Virus record (IMG/VR): IMGVR_UViG_3300048998_000202
Direction: 5' to 3' (one strand)
From: a virus
Taxonomy: Duplodnaviria; Caudoviricetes
Length of the DNA: 64,000 nt
Below are positions 20,064-31,200 of the stretch, in pieces. A program made the translations under genes and the position numbers. Each line of letters starts with the position of its first letter. Positions within the stretch are counted from its first letter, which is position 1. The notes beneath the pieces were generated by a model. The model was given only the letters and a program-made list of their open reading frames with translations, searched no databases and had not been told where the DNA came from.

Positions 20064-20825
20064 AGTCGTTTGACCACAGACATGGCGAAGGCCCCCAGCT
20101 CCACGAGTTGCTGGGGGCCCTGCTGTGCCCGGATCGGGGCCGCCCAGGCGGACGGGCTATGCTCCGCGTTCGCTGCCTCTGCGCTTGACGACGCAGTACC
20201 GGCGTAACGAGGACTTCCCCTACGCCCTTGTTTTCCGGGCTGGCAAGAGGACGTAGCTCGCCATGGTCGGCTCGGATGTGCGTCCGAGGTGCCCGGTCAC
20301 GCCGTCGAGTTCTCCCAAGACGGCGCGGATCTATGGTGCCCCGTTCCGGCCACAGGAGGGGCGGGCCTGCCGTTCGGACGGTCTAACGAGACCGCACGGC
20401 CTGAGACACGCGAGACCGTGCTTCCCCTCAGGGGCCGACTTCCCGGAACTCGAAGGGGAACCCAGGTCATCGGCTGATCTCACGTGCGTCTTGGGTGCCC
20501 CCATATGGCCACAGGAGGGGACGAACCTGATGTGCGGGAAACGGAAGCAACCCTGGCCGTGTGTCCGACAACTGCGAAGAAGCGGACACCGTACGGGGAA
20601 GGCGATTTGCACGCCGACACGAACTCCCTAGGTGGGACATCGGGAGGTGACGCGGGCTCCGCCCCGAACTCCCACCGGGGTTTCACCCTCCCCGCTCGGG
20701 CGACCAGAGACTTCTTCAGCTCCTGGTCGCCGTCGCGCCGTGCATCCTACCGAGCTGATCCACGAACATCGGCTCGGGCTGACGAGAAAGACGCTACTCC
20801 AACGAATGCCGGAGTAGCAAGTCGA

Positions 20826-22385
20826 TCACGTCATCCCCTGAGTCAAGATCTCCCGCCGCATGGACGCCGTCAGGAACTCCTCGCCGGTTACCCCGTGGCC
20901 CAGCAGGGCGTCCGAGTGGCCGTTGCCCCGCAACATGCTGTACATCAGCGAGACCTCGACGGACTTCTGGACCAGCATGCTACGGATCGTCAACGACGGG
21001 CCCCCGGAGCCGATCCTGGAGGCCCGGTTGATCCGTTGGGTCCGCAGGCCGAATGTCGTGGCGAGATCGTATTCGACCACGTAGGACGCCTCGGGCAGGT
21101 TGATCCCCCGGGCAACCGCGTCTGAGGCGAGCAGGATCGCACCCCCCTGATGCTTTTTAAAATGATCGATGCCGTCCTCCTCGTCATGGGTGAAGACGGG
21201 GAGGTGTCGAGCCGTCAGAGCCGCACGCAGGTGTGGGATCACCGAGGGGCCGAAGAAGCTGAAGACCAGCACCTTGGCGTCCTGGCTCTTGACGATCGGC
21301 TCTACGTATTCCACGAGGCGATCGGTCTTCGCCGACGGCAACGCCCGGATGTAGTCCTCGCCGTACTCCTCCACGAGGGCTCTGGCGAGCTTGGACTTGC
21401 CCACGGTGGCTGAGTGGATGAGGGCCGCAGGGTGGGCACAGATCTGCCTCAGAGCGGTCATCTGGCCCGGGGCGTCCAGTTCCTCGACGAAGTCATAGAG
21501 CTTGCGCTGATCCCCCTCCAGATCGATCCACAAGGACTCCTCAGTCGTGGCCGGGAACTGGTCGATGACGTCAGCGTCGGTCTTGGACTTCGCCAGCACC
21601 ATCGGAGAGCACAGGTCGGCGAACTCCCCCATCCGGAAGTCGTGGTACCGGGCCCGGCCGTATACGTCCCTCCCCCGTACGAAGTACTTCTCGAACTCAC
21701 CTATGCGCGGCATCAATGCCGGTCGCAAGAGCCGCAGTTGGTTGAATGAGTCCTCCCAGTTCTTGCGGACCGGTGTCGCGGTCAGCATGACCACGGGGAT
21801 TTTAAAAACCTTCCGGAGAGTCTTGAGGACGTGTTCGTACGATCGATAGTTCATGGCCGATCGGTTGCTCAGCCGGTCGGCCTCGTCAAAGATGATCATG
21901 GGGTGTCGCGCATGATCGAAGATCCTGGTGAGCAGGTCACCAGAGGAGAGCTTCCGGCCTTTGCGGCCCGTCTTCTCGGCCTGAACCAGATCCGCTTTTC
22001 CGGTCTCGAACGTGGTGATGAGCACCTGCGGCAGACCGTCCCGGGCCAGCTTCCCCTTGCGGGATGGTCCGTGGTGGATCCGAACGTCCAGCTTGGTGAA
22101 CTCCTCGAAGTCTGCCTTCCACTCCTTGAGCTTCCCTCGCTCACAGACGAGCAGGACGAAGTCCATGACATCGTCCTCGAAGCCGAGTGTGGCCAGCCGC
22201 ATGGCAGCGTGGGACTTCCCCAAGCCGGTGTCCCAGACGAACATCCATCCCGGAATTCCGGACTGGATTCCTAGGTACGCCTGTGCGATGTCCTCGGCCT
22301 GGAACGGATACAGGCCGCGAGGACTGTAGTAGAGAGCCCCCTCCGGCCAGGAGCTGGAGGGGGCCTCAGTGACCGTGGCCGTCAC
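20826..22385 (-). CDS. SNF2-family helicase/ATPase
   Basis: WDTGLGKS, FDEAD, MLTATP, RGINL, QRINRASRIG. Confidence 0.9.
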   Translation of the reverse strand: MTATVTEAPSSSWPEGALYYSPRGLYPFQAEDIAQAYLGIQSGIPGWMFVWDTGLGKSHAAMRLATLGFEDDVMDFVLLVCERGKLKEWKADFEEFTKLDVRIHHGPSRKGKLARDGLPQVLITTFETGKADLVQAEKTGRKGRKLSSGDLLTRIFDHARHPMIIFDEADRLSNRSAMNYRSYEHVLKTLRKVFKIPVVMLTATPVRKNWEDSFNQLRLLRPALMPRIGEFEKYFVRGRDVYGRARYHDFRMGEFADLCSPMVLAKSKTDADVIDQFPATTEESLWIDLEGDQRKLYDFVEELDAPGQMTALRQICAHPAALIHSATVGKSKLARALVEEYGEDYIRALPSAKTDRLVEYVEPIVKSQDAKVLVFSFFGPSVIPHLRAALTARHLPVFTHDEEDGIDHFKKHQGGAILLASDAVARGINLPEASYVVEYDLATTFGLRTQRINRASRIGSGGPSLTIRSMLVQKSVEVSLMYSMLRGNGHSDALLGHGVTGEEFLTASMRREILTQGMT

Positions 22386-22672
22386 GCGGCCACCTGCTCG
22401 GGATCTATCACCAGGAACTCCCAGGAGACCTGGGCCAGACCGCTGGGCTCCATGAGTTTGAACGCCACCAGCTCATTGCCGCTGTACAGCTCCAAGGCGG
22501 GATGGGCCACATCCACAACCCCGTAGAACGTCACGTGGTCCTCGCCGATCACCCTTCGCGCGGGGGCCTCCCGGCCGCCGCACTTGATCGTCCAGGGACC
22601 GGAATCGTGCAGGGCGCGCTCGATCTGGCGAGCGCGCATCACGATCTGCGCGGTCATCATGTCGAGTGTCAC
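22382..22672 (-). CDS. hypothetical protein
   Basis: GGAGG RBS; GTGA coupling to the SNF2 gene. Confidence 0.6.
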   Translation of the reverse strand: MTLDMMTAQIVMRARQIERALHDSGPWTIKCGGREAPARRVIGEDHVTFYGVVDVAHPALELYSGNELVAFKLMEPSGLAQVSWEFLVIDPEQVAA

Positions 22673-22743
22673 GGGATCCTCCAGGAATTGTTCCTAGCAG
22701 GATATTAGCTACCCGGAGAAACCTCGTCTACGTGATCATCTGA

Positions 22744-24645
22744 TCAGAATCCGAACGGACTGACCTGGAAGGCCCAGGCGGATGTTCCGGACATGAGCCG
22801 GTAGCCATGCTTCACGCGAGCGTTGAAGGTGCTGTCAGTGAATGTGGCGACCGACGATCCGTTCACTCGGATCGTCACGCTGGTCCCGGAGCAATCCGCC
22901 TGCAACAGGTCTCCGGCGGCCGGTTTGGTGCTCAAGGTGGCCAGCGTCGATCCGATGGTGTTTCCGGCGACGGAGTACACCGCCGAGCGGCCCACCAGGA
23001 TGCCCGTGGGGACCGCTACAGGCTGCCCACTCACGATGGACTGGGCGAGATAGGACCGGACCATCAGGCCCGTGTACAGGTCGCTGTCGGGGTAGCTGGA
23101 GGTCGCCGCGCTGTATCCGAAGCGTCCCTGGACCGTGACGTCGGCTCGTCCGCACGAGTACAGGGCCGGAAGACCGTGGGTGGGGAAGGGGGCGAGGGCC
23201 GCGTTGAGCACCACCGTGTTGGAGGCCACGGTGAAGGCGTTGGCGGCCCGGTAGTCCGTGGAGGTGGGCGGGAGCTTCCACTGGAGGGCCTGACCGGTCT
23301 CGGCGAACTCCAGGGCGGTGCCGTTCGGGTGAGTGCCGGATTCGGTGAGTACCGGAGTGGCCACCGTGTAGATCAGACCGATCTTCGACAGGTAGGCCAG
23401 CAGGGACGTCAGCATGGTGTTGGAGACGTCGCCGGGATCAATGGCCACCTGAGGTCGGGTGGTCCCGGTGGCCCCGAAGAACCCCAGGGTGGTGGAGGTT
23501 CCGGAGTGGGTCCGGTGGCCGTTGACAATGACGTCGCCGACGACCTTCAAGGCGACCTGGGTGGCCAAAGTGCCGCCGATGTTGAGCAGCGAAGGGCTGA
23601 AGGCCGTGCTGTTGGTCCCGGCGGCCAGGGGGCCCACTCCCCCGAACCAGTCGGTGGCCGACACCACATCGCTGGGGTCTCCGGCCAGGGTCTTGTTGGC
23701 CCCAAGAGCGATGGGGATCTGGCTTCCGGCCCAGGGCAGCCCGTTCTGCTGGGCGATGTTGGCCACGCCGATGGTGGTGTGGTTGCTCCCGGCGGACGAG
23801 GTGGGGTGGTTGGCGCCGATCTTCAGTGCCCCGGAAGCTCCGATGACGTTGCCGGGCCCGACCACTGTGGATCCGTTCGGGACCGACATGGAGCCGGAGG
23901 GTCCGTTGAGAGAACCCACGACGGTCATGTCCCGGCCCTGCTTGGTCAGGTTGGCCGCGCCGAGCGTGGTGGAGTTGCCGGTGGCGTCACCGCTCTCCGA
24001 GGACAGCACCGTGGCGAAGTCGCCCGGTGTGCCGGTGGAGAGCTGGGCTGCGATCTGGCCCACGCCCAGGATGGTCGCTGAGGCGCCGTAGACGTCAGCC
24101 TGCTCGCCCAGGGCGGAAGATCCGGCGGAGTTCGCCGCCGCGTTCTCTCCCGCGTGGTAGCCCACCCAGGACTGGTAGGGGTTGAAGTCGGTGGGCGCCT
24201 CTCCGGTGAGGACGACCGAGCCCGCCGAATCGCCCACGTGCTGGTGGGTACCGACGGGATCGGTTACCCGGAAGACGGCCTCGCCGGGGAGCGATGACAT
24301 CAGAACGCCCTGGTAGACCGTGGTGTCAGCGTCCGTGATCATGATGGGGGCGTGGGTCTGGGCGATCTGGTCCGGGGGCGGCATGAGGTCCACGCCGTCC
24401 AGCACGATCCGAACGTTGTCGGAGACTTCCGCGATGATCTGCACCCGGGAGGGGACGTCCATCCAGACGTCGATCACGGCGGGGTCGACGAACAGCGGGA
24501 AGGCGATCGGGTTGCCGCCGGAGGACTGGACGAAGACGTCGACATCCAACGGGATGCCGGAGGCGTCGTTCAGCGTCACCAGGGCGTATGGGAAGACCGT
24601 CCCGGAGCTGTTGATCAGGGGCAGGTGCAGATGAGCACGGGTCAC
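22744..24645 (-). CDS. tail fibre-like virion protein
   Basis: GTG coupled to the upstream stop; N-terminus RAHLHLPL..paralogous to the two upstream genes; G/S/T-rich. Confidence 0.7.
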   Translation of the reverse strand: MTRAHLHLPLINSSGTVFPYALVTLNDASGIPLDVDVFVQSSGGNPIAFPLFVDPAVIDVWMDVPSRVQIIAEVSDNVRIVLDGVDLMPPPDQIAQTHAPIMITDADTTVYQGVLMSSLPGEAVFRVTDPVGTHQHVGDSAGSVVLTGEAPTDFNPYQSWVGYHAGENAAANSAGSSALGEQADVYGASATILGVGQIAAQLSTGTPGDFATVLSSESGDATGNSTTLGAANLTKQGRDMTVVGSLNGPSGSMSVPNGSTVVGPGNVIGASGALKIGANHPTSSAGSNHTTIGVANIAQQNGLPWAGSQIPIALGANKTLAGDPSDVVSATDWFGGVGPLAAGTNSTAFSPSLLNIGGTLATQVALKVVGDVIVNGHRTHSGTSTTLGFFGATGTTRPQVAIDPGDVSNTMLTSLLAYLSKIGLIYTVATPVLTESGTHPNGTALEFAETGQALQWKLPPTSTDYRAANAFTVASNTVVLNAALAPFPTHGLPALYSCGRADVTVQGRFGYSAATSSYPDSDLYTGLMVRSYLAQSIVSGQPVAVPTGILVGRSAVYSVAGNTIGSTLATLSTKPAAGDLLQADCSGTSVTIRVNGSSVATFTDSTFNARVKHGYRLMSGTSAWAFQVSPFGF

Positions 24646-27452
24646 TTGTACGTCACCGCCTGGCTGTACTGGTCGTAGACCCACAGGTAGTTGAAGTTGG
24701 CCGTACCGGTACCGCGTATTCCGAGACCGAATCGGTTGCTGGCCAGCAGGGCCGCCGTGGTGTCTGTCGCAGAGCCGGTCAGGTTGTTGTTGCGGTAGAC
24801 CTGGATCAGCCCGGTGGTGCCGTTGAGGGCCACCTGCATCCGGTCTCCCGCTGCGAAGTTCGAGCTGAGGGTGGCCAGGGTGGTCTGGGTACCTGCCAGG
24901 ACCCGGGTGATCTGCGAATTGTTGATGAAGTAGTAGTTGTTGGGGTCCACATACCGGCAGACGAGGCCCATGGATGTGGTGGGGGTGGTGCCCGTGGCCC
25001 ACTTCAGGTTCGCCACTTTGCCCAAGGTGTTGGTTCCGGACAGGACGTACGCGAGGGCGTAACCGCTGGCGGCCCCGGTGAGCTGGAGGTTGCCCGCCAC
25101 CGTTACGGTGGCTGCCGCTCCGACGCCGGAGAGTACGGGCCACCATGCCTCACTGGAAGGCGCATTGACGAGGGCCCCGGTGGTCTGGAAGGCGTCCCAC
25201 GTCTGCTGCGGAATGAAGTTGATGTTGTTGAACTTCGTCGTGGTCTGGCCGAGGTCGACCCCGACGTAAGTGCCGGAGGAATTCAGACTTCCGGTGGACC
25301 AGACGATCGGCATTCCCGAGAGGCCGTCGCTCCACATGACGTTGTTTCCGGAGCAGGACACGATGTGGAAATGGGTCGCACCGTCGAAGATGGTGGACCC
25401 GATCGTGGTGAGGTTCACCGGGGAACCGATAACGGTATAGGTGTCGGAATGCGCCGCAGCGGCCTTGACCGCGAAAGAAATCGTATTCGCGGCCTGGTCC
25501 AGGAGCAGGTATCCGGCCGCTGCCGCGTCTCCGGCATCTCCGGTGTGCCGTAGGGCGAGGCATGCCCTGTTACCGGTGCTGGTAAAGGTCAAGCCGATCT
25601 GATAACTCTGCTTGGTGGTCAGCATGTTCTTCAGCACGCCGATACCGGAGGCGAATCCCTTGTAGGCGTTGTGGTCGCTGCCGACGAACCACTGCGGGCC
25701 CGAGGGGTACGGAGTGTTGCTGGAGTAGGCCAGGGGGAGATAGCTGTAGGGCTGGTAGTCGAAGTCGGCTACGCCCAGCGATCCGTCACCCGGGTCTTGG
25801 TGGTAGAAAAAGTCGATCGGTCCGACCGGGCTCCGGAAGGGACTCGGCTGCTGGGTCGAGTTGTTGATGATCAGGCCCATGTTGGCCAGAGACTGGACGA
25901 GGGTGCGCAAAGTGACGTTGCCGTCGTCGGAACCGCTGACCGTCTGGATCGTATTTCCGGCAGAGCCGTAGAAACCGACTCTGGACGTCGGGGTGCCCAA
26001 AGAGGCGATGCCGTAGTTCTGGATGCCGCCGAGGACCGTGGCCAGGGCGCCGTCGTTGCCCAGCATGATCTGGTTCGCACTGGTGGTCGCCGAGTTCGCA
26101 CCGAGCGCGATCGAGTTGTTGTGGGAGGCACCCACTGAGGCGTTCAACCCCAGCGCGAGGGAGTTCGGGCCCAGCGCAGAGGCGTTCTGGCCGATGGCCA
26201 CCGCTGATCCGGCTGCCGCCCCGACCGTGGCACTCGATCCGACGGCCACCCCGTAGTCGGAGGACACGGTGGCGCTCTTGCCGACGGCCACAGCCTCCAG
26301 GCCGCCCGCGTTGGTGTTGTATCCGACGGCCGTCCACGCGGTGGCGGTACCGCTGCCGGTGGCGCCCGAACCGACCGCGAGGGAGTAGTCCGTGGGAGCG
26401 CTGGCGTTGTAGCCCGCCGCGAGGGCGCTGACGCCCACTGCGCTGGCGTTGTAGCCGAAGGCGGTGGCGTTGGTCCCTGACGCTGTGGCGGGCGCTCCTA
26501 CGGCCGTGGAGCCGGTCGCACCGGCCGTTGACCCGGTACCCAGGGCCACCGAATTGCTTCCCGTACCGCTGTGGCTGTGCGGAGGCACGTTGCCGCCGTA
26601 CAGGGCTACGTAGCCGGTCACCCAAATCTCGTGTGGGGTGGTGCCGTCGTACGAGGACTGGCCGGTGTAGGTCAGCAGTGAGTGCCAGGTCCCGGCGGCC
26701 AGGTCGAAGGAGTAGAAGCCCCAGTCCCGGTCCTGGGAGACGGTGGCCTGGGTGGTCTGCACCGAGGCGCCGTCCACGATCTTGACGGTGAAGGTCTCCG
26801 TCGGTGCGATGTCGCTCTTGATCCACATGGAGACGCGTCCGGCCTCCAGCAGGGTGAAGGTGGGGCCCGTGAGGGTCTCCAGTCCCCCGTTGGCCGACTG
26901 GGTCATCTTCAGGGAGTGGAGATAATTCGTCCCGGGTGGGATGGTCCCGGCGTCATAGGAGTGGGTCGCGCCCCCGCTCTGGACGAAGGTCCAGCCCACG
27001 GGGTCGGATCCGGTGGCGAAATTCTGAGAGGCGACGACGACGACCGGGGACAGGCCGGTACCCGACGGAGGATTGCCCCACTGGACCTGTCCAGCGGTGC
27101 TCGTGCTGAGCAGCACCTGGCCGGACACCGACGGGGAATTCACGATCTCCAGCGGGGAGTCCGTGGTGACGATCTGCTCCGGCGGGGGCTGGGCATCGAG
27201 GTAGACCAGGATGTTGTCCATCCCCTCGGCCTCGACCAGGATGGACACCCGCTGGGGAGTGTCCAGCCAGAAGTCGATCACGCCGTTGTCGGCAGTGAAG
27301 GGGTTCGCCAGTTCGTCGGTCCCGCTCGAACCGGCGTACAGCGATTGGCCGATCGGGATGGCGTAGTTCACCTCGCGTACCGTCACCGTCGCGCTGTAGA
27401 GCAGATCACCGCTGCGATTGGTGATGGGGCGGAACAGGTGTGCTCGGGCCAC
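24642..27452 (-). CDS. tail fibre-like protein with YadA-head (Hep/Hag-type) repeats
   Basis: About 14-residue repeats SVALG..S.A / ATAFGYNASA / SIALGANS. Confidence 0.75.
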   Translation of the reverse strand: MARAHLFRPITNRSGDLLYSATVTVREVNYAIPIGQSLYAGSSGTDELANPFTADNGVIDFWLDTPQRVSILVEAEGMDNILVYLDAQPPPEQIVTTDSPLEIVNSPSVSGQVLLSTSTAGQVQWGNPPSGTGLSPVVVVASQNFATGSDPVGWTFVQSGGATHSYDAGTIPPGTNYLHSLKMTQSANGGLETLTGPTFTLLEAGRVSMWIKSDIAPTETFTVKIVDGASVQTTQATVSQDRDWGFYSFDLAAGTWHSLLTYTGQSSYDGTTPHEIWVTGYVALYGGNVPPHSHSGTGSNSVALGTGSTAGATGSTAVGAPATASGTNATAFGYNASAVGVSALAAGYNASAPTDYSLAVGSGATGSGTATAWTAVGYNTNAGGLEAVAVGKSATVSSDYGVAVGSSATVGAAAGSAVAIGQNASALGPNSLALGLNASVGASHNNSIALGANSATTSANQIMLGNDGALATVLGGIQNYGIASLGTPTSRVGFYGSAGNTIQTVSGSDDGNVTLRTLVQSLANMGLIINNSTQQPSPFRSPVGPIDFFYHQDPGDGSLGVADFDYQPYSYLPLAYSSNTPYPSGPQWFVGSDHNAYKGFASGIGVLKNMLTTKQSYQIGLTFTSTGNRACLALRHTGDAGDAAAAGYLLLDQAANTISFAVKAAAAHSDTYTVIGSPVNLTTIGSTIFDGATHFHIVSCSGNNVMWSDGLSGMPIVWSTGSLNSSGTYVGVDLGQTTTKFNNINFIPQQTWDAFQTTGALVNAPSSEAWWPVLSGVGAAATVTVAGNLQLTGAASGYALAYVLSGTNTLGKVANLKWATGTTPTTSMGLVCRYVDPNNYYFINNSQITRVLAGTQTTLATLSSNFAAGDRMQVALNGTTGLIQVYRNNNLTGSATDTTAALLASNRFGLGIRGTGTANFNYLWVYDQYSQAVTYK

Positions 27453-27470
27453 GTCTTTCCTCCTCGGTCT

Positions 27471-27504
27471 TCACCCCTTCAGCGGACTGACCCGAGCAGC
27501 GACA
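27471..27504 (-). promoter_or_regulatory. candidate late promoter TGTC-N20-GAAGGGGTGA
   Basis: One of six copies with exact 20-nt spacing upstream of structural genes. Confidence 0.7.
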
Positions 27505-28281
27505 TCACGCCAGCTCTGTGTCCAGGCTCCCATCGGTATTGATCTTGAGCGTCCAGCGGATCCCGTCGGTGTCGCTGAGGACGATCCGGGAGCCCGCAGG
27601 GATCTCCACGATGTCCGTGGCGCTGCCCAGCATGATCTGGTTCGCGCTGGTGGTCGCCGCTCCGGGACCGATGGCGGTGGCGTGGGCGTACGTGGACACC
27701 GCGCCGTCGCCGAGGGCCACAGCGCTCAGGGCGGCCGTCTGAGCACCGTTCCCCACAGCGGTGGTCGCATCACCTACGGACTGTGCGTTGCGGCCTACCG
27801 AGACGCCCCCGACGCCCGAGGAGGACGCCCCCGAACCGAAGGCGACGGAGTAGTCCCCCAGGCTGTTGGTCGTAGGGCCCACAGCAGAGGAGCTGACCCC
27901 GCCGGAACTGGCCGACGAGCCGAGCGCCACCGAGGCGTCCCCCACCGATGTGGCCGAGACGCCGATCACCAGCGAGTTCAGCCCGGTACCGGTGTGCGGG
28001 GAATCCGACCCTGCGGCCAGGACGTCCATGTCCTCGTAGTACTGCATCGGCAGACCGCCCTGGACGATGCCGATCCGTACCCGCATCGGGTCGTCCAGAT
28101 AGAAGTCGATCTGGCCGGTGGCGGAGACGTACGGGTTGGTCAGGACGTTGTTGCCCACATCGGTGGAGTACACGACCGGGGTGATGGGCGTGGTCGTGGC
28201 CGCGTTGAAGAGCGTGATCTGGGCGTTGGGCAGGAGATTCCCCTGCTCGTCCGTGACGGGACGGGTGAAGTGGGCGCGCAC
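27505..28281 (-). CDS. short tail fibre-like protein with YadA-head repeats
   Basis: RAHFTRPV N-terminus; SVALG/AVALG repeats; TTSANQIMLG shared with 24642-27452. Confidence 0.72.
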   Translation of the reverse strand: MRAHFTRPVTDEQGNLLPNAQITLFNAATTTPITPVVYSTDVGNNVLTNPYVSATGQIDFYLDDPMRVRIGIVQGGLPMQYYEDMDVLAAGSDSPHTGTGLNSLVIGVSATSVGDASVALGSSASSGGVSSSAVGPTTNSLGDYSVAFGSGASSSGVGGVSVGRNAQSVGDATTAVGNGAQTAALSAVALGDGAVSTYAHATAIGPGAATTSANQIMLGSATDIVEIPAGSRIVLSDTDGIRWTLKINTDGSLDTELA

Positions 28282-28290
28282 GGGACCTCC

Positions 28291-31200
28291 TTAGTTACCG
28301 GTGTAGATGACGGACTGCGGCATGACGGACGCGTGGGTGGCCGCCGGGGACCCTTCGTCCACGCCGACGGGAACGGTGTCGGGAAGGAACGACCGCTGGG
28401 TGACGGGGGTCGGCTGGATGTTCTGCCGGATGGCCTGGCGGTAGATGTACCACCAGTCCTGAGGGATGACGTTGTGCCAAGCCTGGAACATCGGGTCGTC
28501 GGTGATGACCGGCGTCTGGTCCAGGGGGGTCAGTGAAGGACCGCCCCGCTGGACGGTGTACTTGCCGGGATTGCCGGGGGTGACGGAGTCGAACCAGGGT
28601 CGGACCTCGACCGCGCTGACGCTCAGGTCGGCCGCCGCTCCGGTCACCCGCCACACGATCGCGGCGCCCCCTCCCGCGATGGCCTCGTCTTCGGCCGGGA
28701 AGACGAAGACGCCGTTGGGGTCATTGCGGATGTCCCAGACGGGCCAGAAGGTCTGGCCTTCGTCCCGGCTGAACTCCCACATGATCGCGTCGTTGAAGAT
28801 GCTCAGGTTGTCGACGTACCAGACGTCGTGGGTGACCTCGTTCTGGAAGAGCTGCACAGTGACGTCGTGGACGTCCACGGTGACGTCGCCTTGGGCGATG
28901 TCGTTCCAGGTGCCGATGACCTCCAGGTCGTCCCACGTACCCAGTGCCTCGATGTCGGTCCAGAGCAGCGTTCCATCGGGGACTCCGCCGGATCCGATGT
29001 TGTACTCCACGAACCATTCAGTGATCTGACCGGCAGAGACCATGGCGGGTTCTTCAGCCAGGATCGAGCCGTCCCAGTTGACGAGCTGGAGGAACAGCGG
29101 AGACGACAGCGTCTGTGCGGCAAGCACCCGTACCGCCGCGTACAGCTTGCCGATCGGGGAGACCTCGACGGTCTGGAAGGACTGGATGCCGCCCAGGGCT
29201 GTCGCTGTGACGGTGCCCTCCAGGGTGTCCCAGGTCGGTACGTACGGATTGGGATCGGAGTCCTCGATCCCGTTCCAGGAGGCGAAGTCCTCCATCGACG
29301 ACCACGTCACGGGGGCCCCGGCGCGGTCGACTCGAACCAGCGATCCGACCTCGGTATCGAAGAACGGGTCGGGGGTGATCGTGGCGTCTCCCACCGGCCG
29401 CCAGAACTGGAGGGAGGTGTCGTCGAAATCCGAGTCCAGAAGGAGCTGCTTGGGGGGTGACTGGGTGGTGGCGAACTGAAGGGCCCGCACGGTCCGGAAC
29501 GACTTGTAGGGCTGAGAGGTCAGGGACAGCGGGATGTTGAGGGTCTGCGGGGTGAGGATCGTGTCCTCCCCCAGGGTCCAGTTGGGGATGGCCAGGTCGT
29601 AGACCAGGTTGCTGGCGTCGTGAAAGAGCTCCAGGTAGACGTCGGTGTCGTCGGCGATCTGGAGGTCGGACCGGTACATCTGGATCTGAGACAGGCCCAC
29701 GAAGTACGCCACACGGCTGGTCGCCGCCACGGTGACGTACTCGTAGTAGTGCTGACCGGTGGCCGACTGCCGGGGCATCGTCGGGCTGGGACTCTGCTGG
29801 GCGAAGTTCCAGTACGGCGCGGACAGGGCCATTCGTGCCGCGCCCTGGGGGTCGGTGACGAACTGGGCCTCGGTCGGCAGGTAGGTCGTGGTGGATCCCG
29901 CGTTGGTGTCCACTGAGGCGCTGCCCGAGGCTGTCAGTCGGTTCTGGTCGTCGTACCGGTTGACCGACGCCAGTCGGATATTCGATTGGACGCCTGAGCC
30001 ACCGGAGTTCGAGGACTGCGCCGTGGCCTTGGCGGCTGTCGGAACAGTGTCGGGGTTCTGCGCGAAAATCTTCGCGGTGGAGACCATGGGCGAGTCGGTC
30101 TCATACGGTTCGGCGATCAGGTTCGTAAATTCGAACTTGAAGAACCGGGCCTTGGTCGGATTGAAGTCGTAGAAGCCCTTTTTGAGCTGGTAGTCGCGAC
30201 CGATAGGAGTCCAGAGCAGGTCCTCGTAAACGACGCCGGGACCACCCAGGAATCCGTAAGGATTCAGGGACTGCGTATCTGCGGTCTGCTGCTGGGGGTC
30301 GTAGCGCAGCAGCATGTTGTCCGTGGTCTGGGGTCCCTGGGGGTACTCAGGGGTGACGACGAAATCGGAGTAGTCCGCCCAGTACTGGGTCATCGTGTCC
30401 AGGTCGTCCGGCGTGCCCTGTTTGATGTACAGCGACACCAGTCGGGCGTTGGCCGGTGTGGCGTCCTCGGCCTCTGCGGTCAAGGACCCACCGATGCGCA
30501 GCACTGCCGGAGGATTGGTCCCAGGAACGATCTCTCCGGATACGGCCGTGATGATCTGGTACGGCGGAGGAGGAGTTTCTTCCTCGGAGTTGTCTCCTGT
30601 GGTCTCCAGCGGGGTGTACATCATCAGGTTGGTGCCGTCGTAGGACAGAACGAACCGCAGCCGGGCGTTGTAGTCGAAAGGCAGGCCCGACCAGGTCAGC
30701 AGCATGGTGCCCAAAGACACCTGGAAGACCCCGGTGCTTACCGTGCCGGTGGGGTCTGCACCGAAGAAGACCTTCAGAACGCCGTCATCGTAAATCGCCA
30801 CCTCATCGGTGGAGGTGTACGGGAACTGCGGCTGTACGACCATGCCGATCTGGAACGGCTGTGTGGAGTCGAACTGGACCACCGTGTTGTCGATGTCCAG
30901 GAACGAGGCGCTGTTCGGGAAGAGGATCCCGTCAGGCGCGGGAACAGGCAGCACTGCGCCGTACGGCCGGGTGGCGGGGAAGGACAGCGGGGTCTGGGAT
31001 GCGGTGAAGACCGCTGGATTCGGGATTTGCAGGGAGTAGTAGATGTTCACCGTAGAGCCGGTGTACAGGGGCTCCAGGTAGAACTTCTCGATGACCTGGG
31101 GATTGCCGGACGAGTCCCGGACGTCGGCGTACAGGCACACCACAGCGGAGGCGAAAGGCTGAGGAGCGCACTTCCAGACGGCCCCGGTTCCGGCCAGCAG

